DNA from: a bacterium | GTDB taxonomy: Bacteria; UBA8248 | Length of the DNA: 64,000 nucleotides | Direction of reading: 5' to 3' | Assembly: GCA_965225985.1 (NCBI GenBank) | Contig: OZ245330.1 | Coordinates: 3,612,983-3,676,982, forward strand | Shown here: in pieces, positions 52,599-63,255 of the stretch | Position numbering within the stretch: position 1 is the first letter of the stretch | How the letters are laid out: each line of letters begins with the position of its first letter | The notes under the pieces: generated by a model | Told to the model about the DNA's origin: nothing | Databases searched by the model: none | The model's input: only the letters and a program-made list of their open reading frames with translations | Position numbers and translations under genes: made by a program

Positions 52599-53214
52599 CG
52601 CGGGCCCCAGCGACGGCGGACGTAGCAGCCCCCTCGGCAGCGCATTCCCGGTGGGGCATCATGGTGCCGGCAGTGCCTGTGGGGTGAGCTTGACGGAGCT
52701 TGAGGTGCCCGCAATATGGTCCGTGTTCGGGGCCCTGATGCCAGGGCGCTCGGCGTCGAGCGCGACCCGGATCGAGGACGGTTTGGTGGTTGACATCGCA
52801 GCCGCCAGCATGACGGCTCGCCTAGTTCCTCTCGGGCCGAAAGAATGGCTCGCGCTCGTCGGGGCGGAAAATGAACCGAGTCCATCCGTGTTCGGTGCAA
52901 CGTTTCAAGGTACCCCTCGGCTTTTCGACCTTACCCATGCACGCACGGTCATTCGCTTGAGGGGGGATTCGGTTCTCGGGGTCTTGGAGAAAGGCTGCCC
53001 CCTCGACCTGGTGAGCGTCGAGGCCCATCGAGGTGCTTCCACGGTGTTGGGTCCGTTCAGCGTGGTGTTGATAGTGGGGGAGGGGCCGGCGGGCGAGCGA
53101 GAGGTCGATGTTGTCTTCAATCGGTCCTACGCGCGCTCGGGGTGGGAATGGCTGGTTCGCGCGTCGTTGGAATTTAGTTGCGAGGTTAGACCCTCTCAGG
53201 GCTGGTCACTTTAG
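52591..53214 (+). CDS. soxG: Sarcosine oxidase subunit gamma family
   Basis: LGPKEWL, DLTHARTVIRLRG, LEKGCPLDL, RSYA; GTG overlapping the soxA end. Confidence 0.8.
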   Translation: MASAGPSDGGRSSPLGSAFPVGHHGAGSACGVSLTELEVPAIWSVFGALMPGRSASSATRIEDGLVVDIAAASMTARLVPLGPKEWLALVGAENEPSPSVFGATFQGTPRLFDLTHARTVIRLRGDSVLGVLEKGCPLDLVSVEAHRGASTVLGPFSVVLIVGEGPAGEREVDVVFNRSYARSGWEWLVRASLEFSCEVRPSQGWSL

Positions 53215-53389
53215 GAGCGGCGGTGGGGGCGGCCCCCGGAGCGATACCCCCTAAATCCGCATCGACATGGCGCCGGTCGATGCCAGGTCCATACTTGGTC
53301 GTGGTCGCGCCGTCCGCTTAGTCGGGTGGAAATTGGATGCGGATTGTCTCAGTAGGCGCACTGGCCCCGTAGCCCTCTATAATCGCCCT

Positions 53390-55870
53390 ATGAGTTACCA
53401 GGTTCTTGCCCGTAAATGGCGGCCGCACAGTTTCGCCGACCTAGTCGGACAACCGCATGTGGTACGTGCCCTCAGCAATGCGTTGGATGGCGAGCGCTTG
53501 CATCACGCCTTCTTATTTACCGGCACGCGAGGGGTAGGGAAGACGACCGTTGCCCGAATTCTCGCCAAATGCTTGAACTGTGAAACCGGCGCCACGGCTA
53601 GGCCATGTGGGGAATGTGGTGCTTGCTTGGAGCTGGATGAAGGACGCTTTGTAGACCTGATTGAGGTCGATGCTGCGTCGCGGGCACGGGTAGATGAAAC
53701 CCGCGAGCTATTGGACAACGTGCAGTACGTGCCGGCCCGCGGGCGTTACAAGGTGTACCTTATCGACGAGGTGCACATGTTCTCGAAGCACAGCTTCAAT
53801 GCACTGTTGAAGACCCTGGAAGAGCCGCCCCCCCACGTTAAATTTCTACTCGCGACAACGGATCCGCAGCGTCTCCCCATCACGGTGTTGTCGCGTTGTC
53901 TGCAGTTCAACCTGCGCCGCTTGCCCGTCGACCTTATTGACGAGCAACTCGCCCGCATCACCCGTGCCGAAATGGTTCCGTTTGAGCCGGGCGCGATGCG
54001 TCTATTGGCGCGGGGTGCCGATGGCAGCATGCGCGATGCGCTCAGCTTGTTGGATCAGGCCATCTCTTTTGGGGGGGGGAAGGTGGATGAAGCTGATGCT
54101 CGCTCCATGCTCGGAACAATCGAGCGAACCCATATCGCCGGCCTGCTCGAGGCTTTGGCGACACAAGACCCCCGCGCGATGTTCGCTGCCATAGAGATCC
54201 TTGCCCAGACGGTGCCGGATTTTGAGGACGTGCTAGGCGAGTTCGCTTCCGCCTTGACTCGCCTCGCGGTGTTGCAGGTGGTGCCGAATCCTCCCCGCGA
54301 TGATCTCGAAGACGACGTCTACAAGCCGTTCGTGGCGCGCATCGTTCCGGAGCTGGTGCAGCTTTATTACCAAATTGCCCTTATCGGAAGACGCGACTTG
54401 CCATTGGCTCCCAGTCCGCGCAGCGGCTTCGAGATGGTCATGTTACGGATGCTAAGTTTCTCTCCAGATGGGTTGGGGTCAACCCTTCCTGGGGCGAAAC
54501 TCGGTGGTGATAGTCCGGTTCCCGCCCCTACCGAAGCTAGCCCGGGCACCGGAGTCCCCGCGACGCCCGGGGTGGCATCGAGTTCGTCCATTGGGCGCTC
54601 AGCGCCCCCGGCATTCGAGTCCGCAGGTGAATTACCCTCTCAAAGGGCCGCCGACGGTGCTTTCACCGCTGGGCCCCCACCGGCGTCCGGGGCCGTTGCC
54701 GAGGGCGCGCCCTCCGCGAGAGCCAAAGCGCAGGTTAGCGGGCGCACCCAATCCGTATTAAGCCCCGCCTTGGTGCCGGGGCCAAACACCGTATCGCCAA
54801 GCCTTGGGCCGCCAACCCCCCAACAACTTACTGAGCCCAGCGGTGGCCGAGACCCGAATATCGCTGCGTGCCGAGCCCAGCCGCGAGCCCGCGGTCAGAC
54901 TTTGCCCGTGGCGCCAGCGGCGGAAATCGATGCGCAGCCTCGGGGCGGCCCTGATAGCCGAGCGGCGGTTGCCCCCGGAGTTGCACGCGCCCCGAACCCG
55001 CTCAACCCAGTTGTTCCCCCTGAAACAGTCATGCCCTTGGGCCAGGCAGCAGTGGCCACTAGTGGTGGGCTGAACCCGGATGGTTCTATTCAGGCATTGC
55101 CGGATGGCCTTGAGGTGGGCGGCGCACCGGCCAATGTTAAGCCGCCGCCTGGGGTCATTGTCGCCGCCGACATGGGTCATGGCGGGCCGGATAGCTGGCA
55201 CCGCGAGAAGCAACCCTTCGACCCGATATTGCCGCCAGTGCGCGCATCGAAGCCGCAGCCGGCAACCGAGGCGGGGTGGACCGCGGAGGATGAAGAACGC
55301 TGGGCTAATCCCGAGCCGGTGCCGGAATCTGTTGCGGCCGCCCCTCCTCGTCCAGTCGATCAATCAGACCCTCGAGTGCCGTTGGGTCCAAAACAACGCG
55401 CCTTGGTGACCGATCCGGGTGCCGCAAGCCCCACTGAGCACGCGGACGGTGATGGTGCGGCGGTGGATCTCCAGAAAGGGCTTGGCCGCGCAATGCCTGC
55501 GGATTGGGCCGCGATAGTAGGGGAATTGGACCTCTCCGGGGTGAGCCGCGAGCTGGCGCTGAATACCGCGTTGGTCGAAATCAGCGAGGGTCGGGTTGCA
55601 TTGGCGTTGGCGCCCAACCAATCAGCGCTGCTGGTGGAGGGCATGGTTCGTAAATTCGAAGCGGCTCTGGTCGAGTACATGGGGCATGCCTTGCGGGTCG
55701 ATATCCGGGTCGTCGATCATGGTTTCGAGACCCCCGCGAGCATTCGAGACGGTGACCGTGCGGCGGAATTGCAGGCGGCGAGAATGGCGATTGAGGCCGA
55801 TCCGAATGTGCAAGCGCTCTGTGAGCGATTCGGCGCTAGGGTGGATATGGGCAGCGTGCGCCCGCGCTAG
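53390..55870 (+). CDS. dnaX: DNA polymerase III subunit gamma/tau
   Basis: MSYQVLARKWRP, GTRGVGKTT, DEVHM, FNALLKTLEEPP; long Pro/Ala linker; tau C-terminal domain. Confidence 0.97.
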   Translation: MSYQVLARKWRPHSFADLVGQPHVVRALSNALDGERLHHAFLFTGTRGVGKTTVARILAKCLNCETGATARPCGECGACLELDEGRFVDLIEVDAASRARVDETRELLDNVQYVPARGRYKVYLIDEVHMFSKHSFNALLKTLEEPPPHVKFLLATTDPQRLPITVLSRCLQFNLRRLPVDLIDEQLARITRAEMVPFEPGAMRLLARGADGSMRDALSLLDQAISFGGGKVDEADARSMLGTIERTHIAGLLEALATQDPRAMFAAIEILAQTVPDFEDVLGEFASALTRLAVLQVVPNPPRDDLEDDVYKPFVARIVPELVQLYYQIALIGRRDLPLAPSPRSGFEMVMLRMLSFSPDGLGSTLPGAKLGGDSPVPAPTEASPGTGVPATPGVASSSSIGRSAPPAFESAGELPSQRAADGAFTAGPPPASGAVAEGAPSARAKAQVSGRTQSVLSPALVPGPNTVSPSLGPPTPQQLTEPSGGRDPNIAACRAQPRARGQTLPVAPAAEIDAQPRGGPDSRAAVAPGVARAPNPLNPVVPPETVMPLGQAAVATSGGLNPDGSIQALPDGLEVGGAPANVKPPPGVIVAADMGHGGPDSWHREKQPFDPILPPVRASKPQPATEAGWTAEDEERWANPEPVPESVAAAPPRPVDQSDPRVPLGPKQRALVTDPGAASPTEHADGDGAAVDLQKGLGRAMPADWAAIVGELDLSGVSRELALNTALVEISEGRVALALAPNQSALLVEGMVRKFEAALVEYMGHALRVDIRVVDHGFETPASIRDGDRAAELQAARMAIEADPNVQALCERFGARVDMGSVRPR

Positions 55871-56111
55871 CCAGAGGTAGCCAAGGGTAGAAAGTTCGCG
55901 GGGCGGACTCGAAGCACTCAGCTCAGCCCGGAGGTTGCGCGAAGCGCTCCCGGATGAAGGCTAAGGTGCGGTTACGGGACCGCCCAGGACTTTGGGGACT
56001 AGTCTATGAAGGTGGCGTTGGGCCGGGCGGTCAAGCACGAACTGCCGCCGCGGTCGGGCATGGCCATGAAGGCCGCAGGTAACGAATGTGGCTGTATGAC
56101 GGAGGACTACT

Positions 56112-56435
56112 ATGAAGGGTGCTTTGGGACAAATGCTTAAGCAAGCCCAAGCGATGCAAGAGAACCTGCAAAAGGCGCAGGAAGAGCTCGCGGACGTCGA
56201 GGTGGTGGGTGAGGCCGGCGGCGGCATGGTCACGGTTGTCATGACCGGGCGGCACGATGCGCGACGGGTGACGATCGATCGATCGCTGATCGGTGATGAT
56301 GTCGAGATGCTCGAGGACCTGGTGGCCGCCGCAGTGAACGATGCGGTGCGCAAGGTGGAGGAGACGACCAAAGGCCGGCTCTCGGATCTGACATCGGGGC
56401 TCAATTTGCCGCCCGGCATCAAGCTGCCGTTCTGA
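56112..56435 (+). CDS. ybaB: YbaB/EbfC nucleoid-associated protein
   Basis: [29 protein letters not shown]; between dnaX and recR. Confidence 0.96.
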   Translation: MKGALGQMLKQAQAMQENLQKAQEELADVEVVGEAGGGMVTVVMTGRHDARRVTIDRSLIGDDVEMLEDLVAAAVNDAVRKVEETTKGRLSDLTSGLNLPPGIKLPF

Positions 56436-56475
56436 GGATGCAGAATTTACCGATCGACTCCACGTTGGGTCGGCT

Positions 56476-57075
56476 ATGAGTGATGGCGGGCTCATCGAGG
56501 GGTTGACCAACGCGCTCCGGTGCTTGCCCGGGGTTGGCCCAAAATCGGCCCAGCGCATGACCTATCATTTGCTGGAGCGCAACCGTGAAGGTGGCGCTCG
56601 TCTTGCCCGAGCGCTACTCGAAGCCATCGATCGGGTGGGAAACTGCAAGGTGTGTCGCACCTTGAGTGAGGCCGACGTGTGCGGGGTTTGCGGAAGCACG
56701 AGCCGGGACCAAACGCAGTTATGCGTGGTGGAGAACCCAACCGACATGTCCGCCATCGAGCAAGGGACCGACTATCGGGGACTGTATTACGTCCTTATGG
56801 GGAATCTCTCACCGCTCGATGGTGTCGGACCGCAGGACTTGGGTCTCGATCTTCTCGCCCAGCGTTTACGGGAGGGTAAGGTGGCGGAGGTAATTCTCGC
56901 CACCAGCGCGACGGTTGAAGGTGAAGCAACCGCGCACTACGTCAGCGAACTCGCGCGCGATGCTAAGGTGCGCGCGAGCCGCATCGCCCAAGGGGTGCCA
57001 GTGGGCGGTGAGTTGGAGTTTGTCGACAGCTCCACCCTCTCGCATGCGCTTACCTGCCGCCGTACCGTCGAGTAG
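56476..57075 (+). CDS. recR: Recombination mediator RecR
   Basis: LPGVGPKSAQR, C4 zinc finger, EGEATA, GVPVGGELE. Confidence 0.97.
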   Translation: MSDGGLIEGLTNALRCLPGVGPKSAQRMTYHLLERNREGGARLARALLEAIDRVGNCKVCRTLSEADVCGVCGSTSRDQTQLCVVENPTDMSAIEQGTDYRGLYYVLMGNLSPLDGVGPQDLGLDLLAQRLREGKVAEVILATSATVEGEATAHYVSELARDAKVRASRIAQGVPVGGELEFVDSSTLSHALTCRRTVE

Positions 57076-57302
57076 CACGCCGCGAGCGCGGGGCCGCCCG
57101 AACCCACGTCGAGTTGCGGTGCCCACGGTCGACGCCCCAAGCGCAAACCCGCAACCAAGTGCCGTGTCAGGGGTAACGGTGAATGCGCTCCCAAAGCATC
57201 GTTTCGCCGGCACGGCCCTAATGCTGGCACGCGGGTTGCGAACGAATGTTAGCGCGATCCTAACTGGCATCGGTTGCGAGCCACGGTGATCCAAGATGCG
57301 CT

Positions 57303-58341
57303 TTAGTTATCCGTGTTGCCGTACAGTCGCAACAACGTCTCATAGCTGGCGTAACGCTCGCTCGCAACGCCCCCGGTTGCGAGTGCGACCAAGACCGCGC
57401 AGTCGGGTTCGTGCTGGTGCAGACAGTCGCGAAAGCGACAGTTATCGGCCCGTGAGCGAAAGTCCGGGAACGCATTGGCGATGTGCGACCAAGACCGCGC
57501 AGTCGGGTTCGTGCTGGTGCAGACAGTCGCGAAAGCGACAGTTATCGGCCCGTGAGCGAAAGTCCGGGAACGCATTGGCGATGTCCAGGGGCGGGATCTG
57601 CCACAGGCCAAATTCCCGGATCCCTGGTGAGTCGATCAGCCAGCCGCCGCTCGGAAGGAAATACAGGCGGCTATCCGTAGTGGTATGAGCACCGTGGGCG
57701 CCCGAACGTACTAGCTCACCCACCTCCGGGTTTGCGCCAGGTATGAGGTGTTGGGTTAGCGATGATTTGCCTACCCCCGAGGGGCCAAGGAAGACGCTTG
57801 CGCGGTCGGTCAGCCAATCCGTGAGTTGTTCCATCGCCTCGCCCGACTTCGCGCTGGCGGCCAAACAGTCGTAGCCGATAGCGCTATAACGCCGCAGTCG
57901 GGTTTGCATTTCATCGCGTTGCTGGGGGCTCATGAGATCGGATTTGTTGCACAACAGCCGGGCGCCGAGTCCAAGGTGCTCCGCGGCAACCAGGTAGGCG
58001 TCTAGCACGACATCAGGAATTACCGGGACGGGGGCCATGACGACCATCACCTGGTCAATGTTGGCGGCCATTACCCGGGTGCGGCCGCTCTCGTCAGGGC
58101 GTGCGAGGGCACTATCTCTCGGCTTGCACTCTTCGATGACCCCTTGCTTTCCGCGCAGCGCCCGCCACAGAACCCGATCACCAGTGACGACGGCGAGGCG
58201 CCGGCGGCTCGTACAATTAAACGTGCTACCGGTTTCATCGCGGACTTTTACCCGGTGGCCGTGCCCAGCCACAACCAGGCCGGTACGAAGCTGACTGTCC
58301 TTTTTACGGTCCTTTTTACGATCGGCCAAGGGGACGCTCAA
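57303..58341 (-). CDS. rsgA: Ribosome small subunit-dependent GTPase A; 3' end shifted by a 100-bp duplication
   Basis: [38 protein letters not shown]. Confidence 0.95.
57383..57584. repeat. Exact 100-bp tandem duplication inside rsgA
   Basis: Sequence from 57383 recurs identically from 57483. Confidence 0.95.
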
Positions 58342-58421
58342 GGCGGACGGGCAGCAATGCCAACCCCCAGGCCGCTCGGCAGCGGGGGCCTTCTGCTAGA
58401 ATTCGCTTCGATTCGAAAGGA

Positions 58422-58982
58422 GTGACACATACGATGGTGCAAGATCCAGGCAATTTGGTTTGGATCGATCTCGAGATGACCGGGTTGGACCCGGAGCGCG
58501 ATCATATCATCGAGATCGCCACCATCGTGACAGACTCAGATCTGAACGTGATCGAAGAAGGGCCCGAGCTTGCGGTCCATCAAAATCCGGACATTCTGGC
58601 GTTGATGGACGAGTGGAATAGCACCCATCACGGTGCTTCGGGCTTAACCGATCGGGTACGGCGCAGCACCTGCTCGGTCACCGATGCTGAACAGGCGACC
58701 CTAACGTTTCTCGCCGGGCTTGTGCCGCCCAATGTATCGCCGATGTGCGGGAACAGCGTGTGCCAGGACCGCCGTTTTCTGTATCGCTATATGCCGCAGC
58801 TTGCAGGCTATTTTCACTACCGCAATCTCGATGTTAGCTCGCTGAAGATACTTGCCCAGCGTTGGGCGCCAACGGTGGCGGGCTCATTCTCGAAAACCTC
58901 TACTCACCGCGCATTGCAAGACGTGCATGACTCCATTCGCGAATTGATGCACTACCGGGCCCATCTCCTGCGGGCCCCCTGA
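58422..58982 (+). CDS. orn: Oligoribonuclease
   Basis: [33 protein letters not shown]. Confidence 0.97.
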   Translation: MTHTMVQDPGNLVWIDLEMTGLDPERDHIIEIATIVTDSDLNVIEEGPELAVHQNPDILALMDEWNSTHHGASGLTDRVRRSTCSVTDAEQATLTFLAGLVPPNVSPMCGNSVCQDRRFLYRYMPQLAGYFHYRNLDVSSLKILAQRWAPTVAGSFSKTSTHRALQDVHDSIRELMHYRAHLLRAP

Positions 58983-58990
58983 CCAGGCCA

Positions 58991-60466
58991 ATGCTTCCGA
59001 GCGAGCTGTATAGCGCCGAGCAGGTACGCGCCCTCGATGCTGAAGCGATTCGCGGTCATGGCATCCCGGGCGCGGACCTGATGGAGCGAGCAGGGGTCCG
59101 TGCCTATCGCACGTTGCGCGCCCGCTGGCCGAGCGCGACTCAGGTGCATGTGGTCTGTGGGGCGGGCAACAATGGCGGCGATGGCTTCGTGGTCGCCCGC
59201 TGCGCTCGTCGCGATGGCTTGGAGGTAAGGGTCCACCTCGTTGGGGACATGTCCAAGCTTGACGCCGACGCGCAAGGGATGCTCGACCAATTGGCCCCGC
59301 TCGGAATTGCGGCTAAGCCGTTTGTCGGCGGTTGCCTAGCTGATGCCGGGGTTATCGTGGATGCGCTGTTAGGTACAGGGCTCGCTCGGGCGGTTGCCCG
59401 GCAGTGGGCGCAAGCGGTAGACGCAATAAACGCCACCGCAGCGCCAGTGTTGGCAGTGGACATCCCCTCTGGGCTACATGCGGATACTGGAAAGATCCTC
59501 GGTCGGGCGGTGCAGGCAGACGTTACCACCACCTATATCGGGCTCAAACGAGGGTTGTTTACCGGGTTCGGGCCAGCCCTATGCGGCGGGATTGTCTTTG
59601 ATGGATTGGCGGTACCAAGGACGATTTATGACGCGATTCCTTCGCAGGTGGATCGCATCGATCGAGAATTGCTGCGCCAGCTCGGTCGGCGCTCGCGGGT
59701 TGCGCATAAGGGGACGCATGGACATGTTCTAGTGCTCGGTGGCGAGCAAGGCTACTCCGGCGCGGTGCGTCTGGCCGGGGCAGCGGCCGCGCGGGCGGGT
59801 GCGGGGCTGGTGAGCGTAGGCACCCGAGCCGCGCATGCGGATATCGTCAATGTGAGTTGCCCGGAGCTGATGGTGCGTGGCGTGGAGACCGAGGGCGCGT
59901 TGCGCGATCTCGCCCGGCGGGCCGACGTGGTTGCACTCGGCCCTGGACTAGGCACCCAAGAATGGGCCCGGAGCACATTGCGCTCGGCTATGGCATTGCG
60001 CTTGCCCATGGTGGTTGACGCCGATGCCCTTAACCTTTTGGCAGCGGCGCCAGTGCGCAGGGAAAACTGGATTCTAACCCCTCACCCAGCCGAAGCAGGG
60101 CGCCTGCTCGGGTGTTCGACCGGCGATGTTCAGGCCGACCGGTTTACCGCCGCCGCCACCCTAGCAGCACGCTACGGCGGGGTGTGCGTTCTAAAGGGGG
60201 CTGGCACGGTGGTCACGGATGGCACCGGTCGCTGGTCAGTGTGTTCAGACGGCAACCCTGGCCTTGCCACCGGGGGGACCGGTGATGTGTTGACCGGCGT
60301 CATCGCGGCGTTTCACGCCCAGGGCCACGGTCTTTTGTCGGCGGCCCGGTTGGGGGTCTGTGCCCACGCAGCCGCCGGGGATCTCGCGGCTCGCGCCGGG
60401 GAGCGTGGAATGTTGGCAAGCGACGTCATCGAAGCGTTGCGGGTCACCGTCAATCCGCGCGACTGA
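58991..60466 (+). CDS. nnr: Bifunctional NAD(P)H-hydrate epimerase/dehydratase
   Basis: LMERAG, GNNGGDG, DIPSG, HKGTHG, DADAL, TPHPAEA, GGTGDVL. Confidence 0.95.
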   Translation: MLPSELYSAEQVRALDAEAIRGHGIPGADLMERAGVRAYRTLRARWPSATQVHVVCGAGNNGGDGFVVARCARRDGLEVRVHLVGDMSKLDADAQGMLDQLAPLGIAAKPFVGGCLADAGVIVDALLGTGLARAVARQWAQAVDAINATAAPVLAVDIPSGLHADTGKILGRAVQADVTTTYIGLKRGLFTGFGPALCGGIVFDGLAVPRTIYDAIPSQVDRIDRELLRQLGRRSRVAHKGTHGHVLVLGGEQGYSGAVRLAGAAAARAGAGLVSVGTRAAHADIVNVSCPELMVRGVETEGALRDLARRADVVALGPGLGTQEWARSTLRSAMALRLPMVVDADALNLLAAAPVRRENWILTPHPAEAGRLLGCSTGDVQADRFTAAATLAARYGGVCVLKGAGTVVTDGTGRWSVCSDGNPGLATGGTGDVLTGVIAAFHAQGHGLLSAARLGVCAHAAAGDLAARAGERGMLASDVIEALRVTVNPRD

Positions 60467-60472
60467 TCCGTA

Positions 60473-60952
60473 ATGCCGCTAATTACCGTCTGCGACGAAG
60501 CCCAGATGTGTCGGCTCGCGTATTTAGTGGCGCATTGTGGCGAGCGTTTTCACACCGTGTACCTCATGGGTGAGCTCGGCGCGGGAAAAACCACGTGGGT
60601 GCGCGGATTGCTGCGGGCGCTCGGGGTTACGGGTCCCGTGAAAAGCCCAACCTTTACTCTAGTGGAGTCCTATGAGACTGCCTGGGGCATGCTTCACCAT
60701 TTTGATCTCTATCGACTCGAAGACCCTGAAGAGCTCGAATTTCTCGGCATTCGGGACTTCTTGGCCGAGGCGGGATGTTTGTTGTTCGAGTGGCCCGAGC
60801 GCGGCGAAGGGTTCCTCCCGCCGCCCGATCTGACGGTAAAAATCTCCTACGCGCCGTCCGGGCGAATCGTCACCATGGAGACCCCCGGTCCATCGCAAGC
60901 GGAAGCGTTGCGGCGCATCACGAGTTCAGACAACTCTAAACCACGCGAATAA
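60473..60952 (+). CDS. tsaE: tRNA threonylcarbamoyladenosine biosynthesis ATPase
   Basis: GELGAGKTT, SPTFTLV, HFDLYRL, EWP. Confidence 0.96.
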   Translation: MPLITVCDEAQMCRLAYLVAHCGERFHTVYLMGELGAGKTTWVRGLLRALGVTGPVKSPTFTLVESYETAWGMLHHFDLYRLEDPEELEFLGIRDFLAEAGCLLFEWPERGEGFLPPPDLTVKISYAPSGRIVTMETPGPSQAEALRRITSSDNSKPRE

Positions 60953-61070
60953 CAATCTCTATCTATTTGATTTTTATTTAATTGAACGCTAAATTTGCAC
61001 AATCTACGCGAACTCAGGTGGTGCTCGCGTGGGGAACTAGCATCTGTCGTACCGCCGGAACGCATCCCCC

Positions 61071-62483
61071 ATGGCATGGATTGAGCGCCTGCGCCGAACC
61101 TCGAGCCTGCGACTAGGCGCGCTGGCCGGGCTTTTTGCGTTGGTTTTTTGCCCATGGTCATTGGCCGCACCCCCAGGGTCGGAACACCCGCCCAGGACGG
61201 TGGTCCCGAGCGCTGCCGCAGCCTCGACGCAGGCCCGAGCCGAAGGCTCCGTGACGACCGTACATAACGTACGCGCCTGGCCTGCGCCAGACCACACTCG
61301 CATCGTTTTCGATACCTCCGGGCCGGTGGAGCACACCGTGTTTCGCCTGGGTAGTCCCGAACGGTTGGTCATCGACCTGGCAAATGCCCAACTGGGAAAA
61401 CCCCTTGGGTCGACCTTGGCGGGCGACAACCAGATCCGCGGCCTGCGGGCAGCGCCTCGGGGGCCGGTCGATTTACGGGTGGTGCTCGACTTGAAGCGTC
61501 CAGTGCGAGCAAGAAGCTTCGTACTCAAGCCGAACGCTCCCTACGGCCACCGGCTGGTGATCGATCTCGAATCGTTAGCGTCACAGCGCAAAACCCGCCT
61601 GGCGCCGAAAGAGAGCGTCCCACCGCGGCGGCTGCGCGATGTTGTGATCGCGATTGATCCTGGACACGGGGGGGAGGACCCGGGCGCGATTGGCCAAGGG
61701 CGGGGACGCGAAAAGGACGTGGTGTTGCAGATTGCCCGCCGGTTAAAGAAAGATCTCGATAGCCATCGCGGGTTCGCAGCGATGTTGACCCGTAGTGGTG
61801 ACTACTACGTCGGTTTGCGCGGCCGCATCGAAGGCGCCCGGCGTGCCCGGGCGGACTTGTTCGTTTCGATCCATGCCGATGCGTTTCGTGATCGACGCGT
61901 GAAGGGTTCTTCGGTCTACGTGCTCTCCCGTAACGGAGCGAGCAGCGAGGCCGCGAAGTGGCTCGCTGACCGGGAAAATGCCTCTGATCTGGTCGGTGGG
62001 GTCTCCCTGGATGACAAGGACGGCTTACTCGCTTCAGTGTTGCTCGATCTATCGCAAGCAGCGACGCTGAGCGCGAGCGGGACGGCGGCGAGCGGTATCT
62101 TGCGTGAGATGCATGGGCTGGGAAAATTGCATAAGCGGCAAGTGCAACGGGCGGGCTTTGTCGTGCTCAAATCGCCTGACGTACCGTCGCTCCTGATAGA
62201 GACGGGATTCATCTCCAATCCTGATGAAGAGCGGTTACTTAGAAACAACCAGTATCAGGCGAAACTTGCGGCCTCGATCGCCCGTGGGATAAGGGGTTAC
62301 TTTGACAAGAACGCGCCGGAAGGGACGCTGCTGGCGGCTCGCAAACATGTGATATCCGCCGGGGAGACTCTGTCGCATATCTCCAATCGGTATCAAGTTT
62401 CCCTGCGCTTGTTACGTACTCAGAATCATCTTGCCGACGACCACCTGAAAGTCGGGCAGGTCTTGTTGATTCCAGAAAGTTGA
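61071..62483 (+). CDS. amiB: N-acetylmuramoyl-L-alanine amidase (AMIN + Amidase_3 + LysM)
   Basis: IDPGHGGEDPGA, SIHAD, LIETGFISN, C-terminal LysM; follows tsaE. Confidence 0.92.
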   Translation: MAWIERLRRTSSLRLGALAGLFALVFCPWSLAAPPGSEHPPRTVVPSAAAASTQARAEGSVTTVHNVRAWPAPDHTRIVFDTSGPVEHTVFRLGSPERLVIDLANAQLGKPLGSTLAGDNQIRGLRAAPRGPVDLRVVLDLKRPVRARSFVLKPNAPYGHRLVIDLESLASQRKTRLAPKESVPPRRLRDVVIAIDPGHGGEDPGAIGQGRGREKDVVLQIARRLKKDLDSHRGFAAMLTRSGDYYVGLRGRIEGARRARADLFVSIHADAFRDRRVKGSSVYVLSRNGASSEAAKWLADRENASDLVGGVSLDDKDGLLASVLLDLSQAATLSASGTAASGILREMHGLGKLHKRQVQRAGFVVLKSPDVPSLLIETGFISNPDEERLLRNNQYQAKLAASIARGIRGYFDKNAPEGTLLAARKHVISAGETLSHISNRYQVSLRLLRTQNHLADDHLKVGQVLLIPES

Positions 62484-62541
62484 GCCAGAAAGTCGAAGTT
62501 GTCGGGGCGCGGGCTGGGCGCGAGTCAGATGCTATTGCGGA

Positions 62542-63060
62542 CTAGAGCTCGCTGGCGTTGATGCTATCCAGGAGTTCGCGAGCCGCGCCCGAGAGTTGGC
62601 GGCGGGAGAACATCATCCCCAGTCGCGTGCCGCCTGCTTGGCGCCACAGCACGGTCGCACGTATGGCGGCCAGCAGCAGTGCCCGAATACGATTGGCGGT
62701 TGCTTCGGTGTTGAGTTGCTTTGGTTCGCCGCTCACCATGATTCTTGGCGTGAGGGTACTCACTGTGTCCTTGTATAGGCTAGCAACGTCTGAGACCACC
62801 GCCTCGTCCGCTGCCCCATCGAGCTCAACTCGATGGGCTAATGGTGTCAAGCCCTCCGAGATGCAGGAAAGAAGGTGCGGCTTTTTGGCCAATTTTCTTT
62901 CCAGAGCGAGAATTCCGAGCCAGTAGCGAGCGAGCTCGACGTCCCGTGGGGTTTGCCCATCGAGGTGCTGAACGAAAGTCTGAAGACCCAGTTGGAGGTG
63001 TGCTCGCCCACCATAAACGGCTTCGGTTGACGGGGCGTCTGAGTTCACCACGCTCCTCAT
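62542..63060 (-). pseudogene. hflD: High-frequency lysogenization protein HflD, N-terminus apparently missing
   Basis: LALERKL, STLTPRIMVSG, IRALLLAAIRATVLWRQAGG; upstream frame does not resemble the HflD N-terminus. Confidence 0.85.
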
Positions 63061-63255
63061 TGCAGAGCCCCGGACATGGGCCCTTGGGTCCGGCGGGACA
63101 GGTGCATTTACTCCAGACAGCGAGCGCCCGCTTCGACCCTGTAATCACAGGGCGAACTGAACTTCGAAAGCCTGCGGCAATGTAGAAAGCCCTTGATTTC
63201 TGGCGATTTGTAGCATTTACTATGCGTATAAGTTACCAGGACAGTAAGGACGCCA

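Noticed and set aside
54450-55480. Intein or inserted domain, or programmed frameshift, in dnaX
   Set aside because: A Pro/Ala-rich low-complexity linker at the normally variable position; no intein termini and no AAAAAAG slippery site seen.
57383-57584. CRISPR or functional repeat
   Set aside because: A contiguous duplication of coding sequence with no spacer.
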